Source: a virus. From it: DNA of 30,130 nt. This document shows positions 1 to 8,263 of this stretch, one piece after another. The translations under genes were made by a program, and so were the position numbers. Within the stretch, counting starts at the first letter, position 1. Each line of letters begins with the position of its first letter. Location of the stretch: the IMG/VR virus record IMGVR_UViG_3300045988_128138; one strand, given 5' to 3'. Under the pieces are notes generated by a model. The model saw only the letters and a list, made by a program, of their open reading frames with translations, did no database searches and was not told the origin of the DNA.

Positions 1-119
1 GATCAAAAAGCAATACAGCAAAGAAAAGAAGAAGAAAAGATTTATAAAAAGTGGGCTAGAGAAAAGAGAGCAATATAATGACTTACATTGTTATTGAAAA
101 TAGAAAAACGAAAAAAAGA
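1..119. repeat. terminal direct repeat, identical to 30012..30130; the window is slightly longer than one circular genome unit (~30,011 bp)
   Basis: bases 1-119 recur verbatim at 30012-30130; ORF 29781..30089 reads through into 1..77 and ORF 78..263 restarts at 30089. Confidence 0.9.
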
Positions 120-263
120 ACTTATTTTACAACAAGAGCAGCTGCAATTGATTTTATCAAAAACGAAAACCCGAACATACCAGTTAAAGTGCTTAATTGT
201 TGGCTAGTAAGAGATATAATAACTGATTATTTGAAAGACTGGTGCGTAGTAGTTTATAAATAA
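78..263 (+). CDS. hypothetical protein (61 aa), early region
   Basis: intact ORF packed tightly in a same-strand early gene string; no recognisable motif. Confidence 0.4.
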   Translation: MTYIVIENRKTKKRTYFTTRAAAIDFIKNENPNIPVKVLNCWLVRDIITDYLKDWCVVVYK

Positions 264-307
264 CGTAACATAACGCAACCTTTTTAAAATAAAAAGTAAC
301 AAAATGT

Positions 308-336
308 TTGCATTATTTTATATTTAAAGTTATTAT
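308..336 (+). promoter_or_regulatory. candidate sigma70-type promoter (TTGCAT-17nt-TATTAT) upstream of the replisome organizer gene
   Basis: hexamers read at 308-313 and 331-336 with a 17-nt spacer in the intergenic region; gene start at 362. Confidence 0.35.
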
Positions 337-361
337 TGAAATTGCAAAGGAGGAAAGCGCA

Positions 362-1147
362 ATGGCAAAATATGACGCAACAAAATTTTATTGGCTCCAG
401 TTGAAAGAAGATTTTTTCGACGAAGACGCTATAGACTGGTTGGAGGAGCAGCCAAACGGCAAAGAGTATAGTTTATTTTATCTAAAACTATGCTTAAAAA
501 GTTTAAGAACAAACGGGGTATTAATTAGGCGAGTAGGCAATATGCTTGTACCATACGATCACGTAAAATTAGGGGAATTGACTAAAACAAGCCCCGACAC
601 AGTAATGGTTGCAATGAATTTATTAGTTAAAATTGGACTAGTTAAAACGTTAGAAAATGGCGAGTTATACCTAACACAAGTTGAAAATATGATAGGATCG
701 CAAAGCAAAGGAGCCTTTAAAAAGCAGCAACAAAGAATAAGTAAAAGTATGCATTTTATAGAGGTAGGACAAGAGGATGACAAACGTCCACCAGAAATAG
801 AATTAGAAAAAGAACTAGAAATAGAGAAAGATAAAGAAACAGAAAAAAAAGAGCCTAACGGCTCCAACGGTGGGTATGTTGAAGATTTATTTAATCATTT
901 TTGGAAAGCATACCCTAAAAAAATAAATAAAAAAGGCTGCTATAACAGCTTTAAAAAAATTAAAGGCTTAAAAGACGAAATGCCTTTAATAATGCAAGCA
1001 ATAGAGGCTTTAAAGCTTACTCCAGCTTGGCAAAAAAATAACGGGCAATTTATACCTTACCCAACAACTTTTATTAATCAAGAGCGTTGGAAAGACGATA
1101 TAGAAAAGCCGTCAATAAATGACAGCTTTGATCCATTTGACTTTTAA
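362..1147 (+). CDS. phage replisome organizer / DnaD-like replication initiation protein
   Basis: N-terminus KFYWLQLKEDFFDEDAIDWLEEQPNG...YSLFYLKLCLKSL resembles the phage replisome-organizer N-terminal domain; C-terminus DLFNHFWKAYPKK is a DnaD-like motif; acidic/Lys-rich linker between them; RBS AAGGAGG 7 nt upstream of ATG 362 (track start 308 is an upstream in-frame ATG). Confidence 0.7.
   Translation: MAKYDATKFYWLQLKEDFFDEDAIDWLEEQPNGKEYSLFYLKLCLKSLRTNGVLIRRVGNMLVPYDHVKLGELTKTSPDTVMVAMNLLVKIGLVKTLENGELYLTQVENMIGSQSKGAFKKQQQRISKSMHFIEVGQEDDKRPPEIELEKELEIEKDKETEKKEPNGSNGGYVEDLFNHFWKAYPKKINKKGCYNSFKKIKGLKDEMPLIMQAIEALKLTPAWQKNNGQFIPYPTTFINQERWKDDIEKPSINDSFDPFDF
793..850. repeat. AT-rich imperfect direct repeats (GAAATAGAA / TTAGAAAAAGAA / CTAGAAATAGAG) inside the organizer gene; candidate origin of replication
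   Basis: visible iterated ~12-nt units in the linker-coding region; origins lying inside the organizer gene are known for this type of replication module. Confidence 0.3.
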
Positions 1148-1161
1148 GGAGTTTAAGAGAA

Positions 1162-1500
1162 ATGACACAAGAACAAGTTATCACATCAATTAAAAAGCTA
1201 AAAGCGTATTACCCTTACTTTTATAATAACATATCGAAAGACGACGCTAAAGCAATTGTAGAAGTATGGTTAGAACATTTCGGCAAACTAGATTATGAAT
1301 ATATGCAAGAAGCGCTTAAAAGTTGGGGTGCGTCAAAAGATAAACCGCCAACAATTGCAGATCTTAGAAAGCAAATAGGCAGTTATTATCATAAAGTCGA
1401 CGATTTATACAGCAGATCCACATTAACACCAGAAGAAAAAGAAAAGTTAGAAGTACAACGCACATTATTATGGGAATATTTATGCGGCCGTTGCAGCTAA
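1162..1500 (+). CDS. putative helicase loader (G39P-like, loader and inhibitor of replicative helicase)
   Basis: 112 aa directly downstream of the organizer; YYPYFY...VEVWLEHF...KPPTIADLRK resembles the G39P-family YP.F...W...PPTIAE pattern. Confidence 0.4.
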   Translation: MTQEQVITSIKKLKAYYPYFYNNISKDDAKAIVEVWLEHFGKLDYEYMQEALKSWGASKDKPPTIADLRKQIGSYYHKVDDLYSRSTLTPEEKEKLEVQRTLLWEYLCGRCS

Positions 1501-1554
1501 TTAATGTGTCGCTTTGCAAACAAATAAATTAAAATAGTAACGGGGGCTTTAACA

Positions 1555-1755
1555 ATGAGTGTTAAGCAATATAAGTTATTAAATCTACTATGTGAACGTG
1601 TAGGAATAAGAACCGCAGCCGAATTAGAAGAATTTAAAAGCATTACAAAAATTAGCGACAATGAAGCATTAATAAAGCGGCTGGCTTTATACGTAGCCAG
1701 TGGCGTAACTTATGAGGAGGTGCTGGAGCATAAACGCATTTACGATCAATTGTAA
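1555..1755 (+). CDS. hypothetical protein (66 aa)
   Basis: ORF with RBS; overlaps the next gene by 44 nt. Confidence 0.4.
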   Translation: MSVKQYKLLNLLCERVGIRTAAELEEFKSITKISDNEALIKRLALYVASGVTYEEVLEHKRIYDQL

Positions 1756-2101
1756 GTTACCCAGTCTTAACGACTGGATCAAGGCGAATAGATCTAACAA
1801 ATATCAAGGCGCAAAATTCAAGCAAGAAATAGAAGAGGTTATAGGGTGGAGCGTTAAGCAAGCCCTAGCCTCTAAAACGCTGCATAAGCCCCAAAATGCG
1901 GTTATTTTGCGTTTTTATTGGCACGAACGAACAAAGAGACGTGACGCCGATAATATAGCAAGCGCAAAGAAATTTATATTAGACGCTTTAGTTAAAAATG
2001 GCGTACTGATAGACGACGGCCGAAAATATGTAAAAGGCTTTTATGACGTTATTATTGACGATAAAAGCGACTTTGTAAAAGTTGAGTTAATAGAGGTGTA
2101 A
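1712..2101 (+). CDS. rusA: RusA-family Holliday junction resolvase
   Basis: LPSLNDW...Y...K near the N-terminus and the acidic catalytic cluster RRDADN..A.KFILDAL..NGVLIDD, typical of RusA. Confidence 0.7.
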   Translation: MRRCWSINAFTINCKLPSLNDWIKANRSNKYQGAKFKQEIEEVIGWSVKQALASKTLHKPQNAVILRFYWHERTKRRDADNIASAKKFILDALVKNGVLIDDGRKYVKGFYDVIIDDKSDFVKVELIEV

Positions 2102-2103
2102 AA

Positions 2104-2430
2104 GTGAAAATATATAACAAATTAGTAAGAGATAATATACCAAGCATTATAGAAAAAGATAATAAAAAATGTAATTATCATATTGCAGAAGAAAAAGAGC
2201 AATTAAAATATCTTATTAGTAAATTGTTTGAAGAAACTTTAGAACTTGCAGAAGCAAAAACAAGAGAAGAAGTATTGGAAGAAATAGCGGACATAGAAGA
2301 CGTTTTAGAAATGATCGCTTTAAAACACAACTGGAATGAAACAGATATTTATACAAAACGGCTTAATAAATGTAATAAAAATGGTTGGTTTAAAAAATTT
2401 ATTATTTTAGAAAGTGTAGAAGAAAAATAA
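2104..2430 (+). CDS. MazG-like / HisE-like nucleoside triphosphate pyrophosphohydrolase
   Basis: GTG start; KLVRDNIPSIIE...LKYLISKLFEETLELAEA...EEIADIEDVLE matches the all-alpha NTP-PPase EExxE/D pattern. Confidence 0.55.
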   Translation: MKIYNKLVRDNIPSIIEKDNKKCNYHIAEEKEQLKYLISKLFEETLELAEAKTREEVLEEIADIEDVLEMIALKHNWNETDIYTKRLNKCNKNGWFKKFIILESVEEK

Positions 2431-2442
2431 AAAGGAGTGAAT

Positions 2443-2982
2443 ATGAGTTCTATTGATATTTACGAAGAAGAAAAAAAGAAAGATAAAGATCATATAGCTA
2501 CTCCAAGGTGGGTAGTTGAGGAAATTTATAAAATTATTGATATTGAAAAATATAAAAGCATATGGTTTCCTTTTAATCATTATGATAGTGAATTTAAGTT
2601 AAAAGCTGACGAATTAAAATTAAAGTATAAAGCTACTCATAAGTTTGACGACTTAGGAAATGACTTTTTTATAACTGATCCGCCAGAAGAATGCGATTTA
2701 ATGATAAGTAACCCACCTTTTAGTATACAAAATGAAATAATAGAACGTAGTTTTAATTTAATTGATAGAGGGCTTATTAAATCATTTTGTTTGCTTTTGC
2801 CTTTAGCGACTTTAGAAACGCCAGCACGTGCAAATATGTATGAAAAATACGCTGATAAATTAAGCGTAATTATTTTTAAAAAACGTATAAAATTTTTAGG
2901 CTGCAAAGGATCATTTAATAAAGGCTGCTGCTGGATCTGTTATAACGTAGAAGCAATAAAAAATAAATTAAACTGGGTATAA
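2443..2982 (+). CDS. small phage Dam-like N6-adenine DNA methyltransferase
   Basis: motif X-like IATPRWVVEEI near the N-terminus and the catalytic motif IV NPPF (MISNPPFS); about 180 aa, as in phage Dam-type methyltransferases; RBS AAAGGAGTG before ATG 2443. Confidence 0.55.
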   Translation: MSSIDIYEEEKKKDKDHIATPRWVVEEIYKIIDIEKYKSIWFPFNHYDSEFKLKADELKLKYKATHKFDDLGNDFFITDPPEECDLMISNPPFSIQNEIIERSFNLIDRGLIKSFCLLLPLATLETPARANMYEKYADKLSVIIFKKRIKFLGCKGSFNKGCCWICYNVEAIKNKLNWV

Positions 2983-2998
2983 ATAGGAGTGAAAAAGG

Positions 2999-4267
2999 TT
3001 GCAAGTAATTGATATTGAGCTAAGCAAACTTAAAGAATATGAAAACAACCCAAGAAACAACGACAACGCAATAGAAGCAGTACAAAATAGTATAGCTTCT
3101 TTTGGCTTTAAAGTACCAATTATTATAGACAATAATTTTTACATAGTGGCCGGTCATACAAGAAGAAAAGCAGCAATAAATTTAGGTTTTAAAACCGTGC
3201 CTTGTATTATTGCTGACGATTTAACCGAAGAGCAAATAAAAGCTTTTAGGCTTGTAGACAATAAAACGGCTGAATTGGCTGACTGGGACTTTATAAAACT
3301 AGAAGAAGAGTTAGCAAGCATTAGTATAGATATGAGCGCCTTTAGCTTTGATATGAGCGAATTATCGAAAGAGTTTGATAGCAACAAAGAAGTAATAGAA
3401 GACGACTTTAACGCTGCAGAAGTGGCCGAAGAAATAATAAAACCTATAACAAAGCAAGGCGATATATGGCAGCTTGGCGAGCATAGGCTATTATGTGGCG
3501 ATAGTACAAACACAAAAGATTTAAAATTGCTTATGGCTGGTAAACAAGCTGATTTATTATTAACTGATCCACCATATAATATAAACGTTTCTAATAGTCA
3601 AGGAATGACAATTAAAAACGATAATATGAGTAACATACAATTTTATGAGTTTTTAAAAGCAGCCTTTAATAATGCAAACAAAAACTTAAAAGAGGGTGGA
3701 GCTTTTTATATTTGGCACGCTGATAATGAAAGTTTAAATTTTAGACAAGCCAGTGAATATGTTGGCTGGAAAATAAGACAGTGTTTAATTTGGGTTAAAA
3801 ATGGCTTTACTTTAGGGCGCCAAGATTACCAATGGAAGCACGAACCTTGTTTGTATGGCTGGAAAGACGGCGAAGCACATTACTTTGTAAATGATCGAAC
3901 ACAAAGCACGGTTATTGAAGATAAGTTAGACGTCAATAAACTTAAAAAAGAAGAAATGAAAGATTTAATAAAAGAGTTATTGAAAGAAAAAGAAGAAGCA
4001 GCGACAACGGTTATTTATGAAGATAAACCATTAATTAATACAGTACACCCGACAATGAAGCCTATTAAATTAATTGCAAAGTTAATCAGTAACAGCAGCC
4101 GAAAGAATGAAATAGTTTTAGACATTTTTGGAGGAAGCGGGAGTACATTAATTGCTTGCGAACAATTAAACCGTCAATGCTATACTATGGAACTTGATCC
4201 AAAGTATTGCGATGTAATTATTAAACGTTGGGAAGAACTAACGGGCAATACAGCGGTAAAAATCTAA
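2999..4267 (+). CDS. ParB-like N-terminal domain fused to a beta-class DNA (N6A/N4C) methyltransferase
   Basis: TTG start; ParB-N signature IVAGHTRRKAA; methyltransferase motif IV DPPYN (LLLTDPPYNI) before motif I FGGSGST (DIFGGSGSTLIACEQL), the beta-class motif order. Confidence 0.75.
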   Translation: MQVIDIELSKLKEYENNPRNNDNAIEAVQNSIASFGFKVPIIIDNNFYIVAGHTRRKAAINLGFKTVPCIIADDLTEEQIKAFRLVDNKTAELADWDFIKLEEELASISIDMSAFSFDMSELSKEFDSNKEVIEDDFNAAEVAEEIIKPITKQGDIWQLGEHRLLCGDSTNTKDLKLLMAGKQADLLLTDPPYNINVSNSQGMTIKNDNMSNIQFYEFLKAAFNNANKNLKEGGAFYIWHADNESLNFRQASEYVGWKIRQCLIWVKNGFTLGRQDYQWKHEPCLYGWKDGEAHYFVNDRTQSTVIEDKLDVNKLKKEEMKDLIKELLKEKEEAATTVIYEDKPLINTVHPTMKPIKLIAKLISNSSRKNEIVLDIFGGSGSTLIACEQLNRQCYTMELDPKYCDVIIKRWEELTGNTAVKI

Positions 4268-4362
4268 AATGTATTAAAAAATAAATATGTTAAATATCTT
4301 AAAAAATAGAGTTTATTAAAATGCTTTAAAACTAATAATAAAGGGCTTAAAACCACATTATA

Positions 4363-4381
4363 TAGCCGTTTTAGGGCTAAT
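4363..4381 (+). other. short hairpin TAGCCGTTTTAGGGCTA; near-duplicate of the element at 27017..27035
   Basis: 5-bp stem AGCC(C)/GGGCT with a GTTTT(T)A loop, seen twice in non-coding DNA. Confidence 0.3.
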
Positions 4382-4476
4382 ATTTGATATTTTAAAGCAA
4401 AGTAAAGGCTTAGTAAGAAATTTAACAAAATGTAGGTTATAGAACATTTTAAGAAAGAAAGAGAGGAAACAAGAAA

Positions 4477-4725
4477 ATGAGAAAACCAAACATTTATTTA
4501 ACAAAAAAGGTAAGAAGAAATTTAGAATTAAAAGCACGTAAAGCCGAAAAAGGTTTTAAAAGCTACAAAGGAGGTTTTTTTAGTAAATTGACAAAAGACG
4601 AAAAAGCCAAATTAAAACAAGAAAAAAGGAATGAAAAATTAGAACGTAAAGTACAATTAAGAGCGTTAAAAGCAAAAAAACGTGCTGAACGCCAAGAAAG
4701 AAAACAACAACATAAAAGCAAATAA
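4477..4725 (+). CDS. lysine/arginine-rich highly basic small protein (82 aa); possible nucleic-acid-binding protein
   Basis: about 45% K+R; RBS GAGAGGAAAC; a monocistronic unit with its own terminator. Confidence 0.5.
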   Translation: MRKPNIYLTKKVRRNLELKARKAEKGFKSYKGGFFSKLTKDEKAKLKQEKRNEKLERKVQLRALKAKKRAERQERKQQHKSK

Positions 4726-4748
4726 GGGAGGTTTTTAACCTCCTTTTT
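4726..4748 (+). terminator. rho-independent terminator
   Basis: GGAGGTT-TTT-AACCTCC stem followed by TTTTT immediately after the stop codon at 4723-4725. Confidence 0.7.
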
Positions 4749-4791
4749 GTGTCGTTATGTTAGCATTATAATAAAAAAGTTAACAAATTCA

Positions 4792-4821
4792 TTGCATTAT
4801 AAAATGTTATTGTGGTAAAAT
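4792..4821 (+). promoter_or_regulatory. sigma70-type promoter (TTGCAT-18nt-TGgTAAAAT, extended -10)
   Basis: shares the block ATTGTGGTA(A/T)AAT with the consensus promoter at 25667..25695; 40 nt upstream of gene 4862. Confidence 0.5.
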
Positions 4822-4861
4822 ATGGGTGAGGAATTTATAAGCTTTAAAAGTAGGTGGTAAT

Positions 4862-5362
4862 ATGGCTGACAGCAAACGAGGCGCAAAAAATCGTTACGAG
4901 CGAGACGTAAAGCCTTATTTAGAAGAAATTAATAGAAAAGTACGTCAAGGCGTAACCGAAGCTGCTATAGCACAAGCGCTAGGCATAAGCGTTGCGACTT
5001 TAAGCAATTATAAAAATAAATACCCAGAATTTAAAGACGCTTTAAGTAAAAATAAAGGCGTGGAAGTATTACAACAATTAGTTAATGCGGGCATTAAAGC
5101 TGGTACTGGTTACTTTGAAAATAACGAAACTACAACTGTTATTATTGACGATAATGGAAAACCCAGCAAGAAACAAAAAGTAGTTAATAAAGTTTGGTAC
5201 CCGCCAAACCCAGCATTAAATAAGTTTTATGTTTTAAACTTTGGTAAAAATGAGGGCTATAACAGCGAACCATTAGATTATGAACTAAAGAAAGCACGTC
5301 AAGAACTAGACGAGGCCATACGAAAGGCTGAAAACTGGGACATTGATCTTGACGACAAATAG
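4862..5362 (+). CDS. HTH protein resembling an HTH-type phage terminase small subunit; role uncertain because a second TerS-like gene directly precedes TerL
   Basis: HTH segment GVTEAAIAQALGISVATLSNYKNKYPEFKDAL plus the C-terminal basic/aromatic segment KKQKVVNKVWYPPNPALNKFYVLNFGKNEGY, as in HTH-type TerS proteins. Confidence 0.45.
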   Translation: MADSKRGAKNRYERDVKPYLEEINRKVRQGVTEAAIAQALGISVATLSNYKNKYPEFKDALSKNKGVEVLQQLVNAGIKAGTGYFENNETTTVIIDDNGKPSKKQKVVNKVWYPPNPALNKFYVLNFGKNEGYNSEPLDYELKKARQELDEAIRKAENWDIDLDDK

Positions 5363-5398
5363 AATTTTTAGAAGAACCCAAAAAAAGAGGAGGTTAAA

Positions 5399-6052
5399 AT
5401 GGCATTTTATGTTTTAGACGAAAACAATAATAAAGTTGAGGCTTACGACAAAGAGGGCGTATTAGCAGTATTAGAGCAAGCCATAGAAAACGGCAGCTTA
5501 GAACAAATAACAGCTAATAGTGCTTTTGTTACAAAGCTTAAATGCTGCGTTGGTGGAGGCACTTATAAAATGGCCTTTATTACACAAGAAAAATACAACG
5601 AGCTAAAAACAAATAGTCAATTATCAAGTGATACATTTTATTGGATCACTGACGATACAACTTGCGAAGAAATAAACAACGCATTAACAAACATTAATAA
5701 TAATATTACAAGCATTAATAATAGGTTGGACGCTTTAGGTTTTAAGAGTGGCGTTTTTGTTGTTAGTGGCGTAAGCGCCGAATTAATAAGCACTAACAGT
5801 TTGAAAAAGCAAGGAAAATATGTAATTGCTAGTTTAGAATTAGTTAGCACAACAGCACTTAGTAATTTAGCAATTAGCGTACCAAGTGATTTTAAACCGA
5901 AAGAAAACACAAAAGTTAGAGTTGGTTATTTAAATAGTCTTGGCGTTCAAAATTATACTGATTGTACGCTTAACACGAATGGTATTTTAAATAATATACC
6001 AACTGGAATAGTGGTGTTAACAATTAAAAATGCGGGTTGGGAGGTTAGTTAA
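5399..6052 (+). CDS. hypothetical protein (217 aa), N/T/S-rich, probably a beta-rich structural or host-recognition-like protein
   Basis: intact ORF with RBS GAGGAGG; resembles a structural protein by composition only. Confidence 0.4.
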   Translation: MAFYVLDENNNKVEAYDKEGVLAVLEQAIENGSLEQITANSAFVTKLKCCVGGGTYKMAFITQEKYNELKTNSQLSSDTFYWITDDTTCEEINNALTNINNNITSINNRLDALGFKSGVFVVSGVSAELISTNSLKKQGKYVIASLELVSTTALSNLAISVPSDFKPKENTKVRVGYLNSLGVQNYTDCTLNTNGILNNIPTGIVVLTIKNAGWEVS

Positions 6053-6053
6053 T

Positions 6054-6575
6054 ATGGCATACTTTAACGGAAAAAAAGTAATAAGCGCTTTTGGTGGTAT
6101 GCAAAAGCCAGAAGAATACGGATTCGTTAATATGATGAACGTAACATACGATCCAACCTCAAAGCTTTATATTAAACTACCTACAACTGGGAAAGTATTC
6201 AAAGATATTGAATTACAAAAAGACATTTATTTAATACCTAGTAATATCAAAAAAGGCGTAAAAATTGAGGGAGTTACTGGAACTTACAAGGGAACTGGAA
6301 CTTACAAGGGAACTGGATCAACAATAAGTACTGTCACAATGACAATTAATGCTGTTGGTACTAATGTAACAGCTTATTTTAATTATTTGAATAATGGCGA
6401 TATTGATGTCAACGAGAAAATACTAGCTTTAGGTGAAAGTGAAAGCATTGAAGCTGTTAAAGGAACTTTGGTATTTTTTAGTGGAAATACACCTAGTGAT
6501 ATTACGGGTAACGCTCAACTAATAACTAGCGGTGTATATCAAATTATGGGTAATGTAACATTTTTATTTGAATAA
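6054..6575 (+). CDS. hypothetical protein (about 174 aa), G/T/N-rich, carrying an internal TYKGTG x2 duplication
   Basis: preferred start ATG 6054 (MAYFNGKKV) with GGAGG 10 nt upstream, just after the stop at 6050-6052; the track start 6030 lacks an RBS. Confidence 0.4.
   Translation: MAYFNGKKVISAFGGMQKPEEYGFVNMMNVTYDPTSKLYIKLPTTGKVFKDIELQKDIYLIPSNIKKGVKIEGVTGTYKGTGTYKGTGSTISTVTMTINAVGTNVTAYFNYLNNGDIDVNEKILALGESESIEAVKGTLVFFSGNTPSDITGNAQLITSGVYQIMGNVTFLFE
6279..6314 (+). repeat. perfect 18-bp tandem duplication (GGAACTTACAAGGGAACT x2)
   Basis: read directly; in frame, encoding GTYKGT GTYKGT. Confidence 0.8.
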
Positions 6576-6589
6576 AGAGGAGTGAATTT

Positions 6590-6883
6590 ATGAATTTAAA
6601 TTTAAAAAGAATAACATTAACTGGAACTACTACAAAAGTAGAATTTAAAGAAGTGTGCGGTAAATGGTTAGTAAAGAATTTTACTGACGCCGATATTTAC
6701 GTATCTTTTGAAGCTGGAAGCGACGGCGAATTAGTAGAAGCAAACGCCGTAAAAATTAAAAGCAATTACGGGCAAATTGTAATAGGTAATGAAGAATTAC
6801 AGTATACCAATTTATTTAAAACAAATGCAATTTATATAAAAGGCACGGGCGAAGTTGAAGTGCAACAATTGTGTTTTAAATAG
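6590..6883 (+). CDS. hypothetical protein (97 aa)
   Basis: intact ORF with RBS AGAGGAG. Confidence 0.4.
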   Translation: MNLNLKRITLTGTTTKVEFKEVCGKWLVKNFTDADIYVSFEAGSDGELVEANAVKIKSNYGQIVIGNEELQYTNLFKTNAIYIKGTGEVEVQQLCFK

Positions 6884-6895
6884 GAGGAAATAATA

Positions 6896-8239
6896 ATGGC
6901 TGAAAATATATATTTTCCTTTAAATGGTGGTAGTGGTAGTGGAAGTGAAGCTGCTCCTCATATTACGATTACAGTAGATGATTTAAAATATGATTATAGC
7001 GGAACTTTAACCGCAGAACAATTAGCCATCTTAGCTGAAGATAATGCTTACATTAATTTTGATATAGTAATTTCAAGCGATTCAAAGATAAGATTTATTT
7101 TAAATAAAAATGAAGTGATACCAAATGAAGGCACTCCTATTAATTATGTATTTGCTGCTCCAATTAATCTGGGTGAAGGCGAACCTATGACATTTTCTTT
7201 ATTTATTACTGTTGAAGATTCATCTTATATTAGTTCAGTGTTTAATCCAGCGTTTTATCTAAAGGGTGTAAAAGTTAATGGAACAGAATTAGATTCACCT
7301 AATGATATAGCCGAACTCAATCTTAAAACAATTAATAATCAATCAATAGTTGGAACAGGTGATATAACTGTCGAAGGTGGTGCTGAAGTAATTGAAAAAG
7401 GCATTAATTTAAGTACTAACAAATTCACTACAGTATTGACAGCTGAGGAATTTAACAAATTGAAGAATAATGAAGCTATTATAAAAACCACAACCACATA
7501 CTTAGATGTTATTCCATTAGTTTTATATGGAAGCAATCCATCTGTAATAAATGGAACTGCTATTGGTAGTGATTATGATATGTTAGTATATGCTATTCCA
7601 AGTCCTTTAACAGACGATCCAGCAGTATATATATTATCAATACAATCAAATACATTAGATTCGTTTTCTATAAAAACTATACAAGTTAATGAACCGGTGT
7701 TAGGAAAATCATCTACAAATACTTATAGTGCAATATCAGATTATCCTTTACTTGGTTTTTCATCAAGGGAAGCAGATATACTTCAATTGCATATGTCAAA
7801 CAGTATATATATAGGAAAATTTACTTATGACTCTACTGGTAGTTCATATGTATTTTATGAAGGAAATGATAGTAAACATACTTATTTCGTAAGTAAATTA
7901 ACTGGTATTATTGGTTTAGAAAATGATGATAAAAACTATGCTTCATTTGAGATAGTATTAAGACTTAACGAAAAGAATCCAAATACAAGTGTAATTGAAG
8001 ATAAATATTATTCATGTATTATACATATTTCAAGTATAACGTCTAATGCCTCAGAAGGAACGTTCACTATTTATGATACTGCAACTAATAAAATAACATA
8101 TGTAATATTGAGAATATGTGCTAATTCAAGTGCTTCACCTATGTTTGAAATGGATTATCTAAAAGCATATCAAGATGGTGTGGAGATAACTTCAACATTT
8201 GCTAGTAAAATAAGTTGTATTTATTTGTATTTATTATAA
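6896..8239 (+). CDS. hypothetical protein (447 aa) with atypical codon usage; probably horizontally acquired cargo
   Basis: RBS AGGAGGAAA; Asp is mostly GAT and Ser mostly TCA/AGT here, whereas the rest of the genome prefers GAC/AGC/GCG; no motif recognised. Confidence 0.45.
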   Translation: MAENIYFPLNGGSGSGSEAAPHITITVDDLKYDYSGTLTAEQLAILAEDNAYINFDIVISSDSKIRFILNKNEVIPNEGTPINYVFAAPINLGEGEPMTFSLFITVEDSSYISSVFNPAFYLKGVKVNGTELDSPNDIAELNLKTINNQSIVGTGDITVEGGAEVIEKGINLSTNKFTTVLTAEEFNKLKNNEAIIKTTTTYLDVIPLVLYGSNPSVINGTAIGSDYDMLVYAIPSPLTDDPAVYILSIQSNTLDSFSIKTIQVNEPVLGKSSTNTYSAISDYPLLGFSSREADILQLHMSNSIYIGKFTYDSTGSSYVFYEGNDSKHTYFVSKLTGIIGLENDDKNYASFEIVLRLNEKNPNTSVIEDKYYSCIIHISSITSNASEGTFTIYDTATNKITYVILRICANSSASPMFEMDYLKAYQDGVEITSTFASKISCIYLYLL

Positions 8240-8263
8240 TTAAAAAGAGGCAATAAAAATATA

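Noticed and set aside
4862-5362. Calling this gene the functional terminase small subunit
   Set aside because: It is separated from TerL by about 4.4 kb of unrelated genes, while another small gene (9501..9806) overlaps the TerL start in the canonical TerS position next to an HNH gene. It is kept as a TerS-like HTH protein of uncertain role.
6030-6053. Track start at 6030 for the ORF ending at 6575
   Set aside because: The ATG at 6054 is preceded by GGAGG at the ideal distance and follows the upstream stop directly. The 6030 start lies inside the upstream gene and has no RBS.
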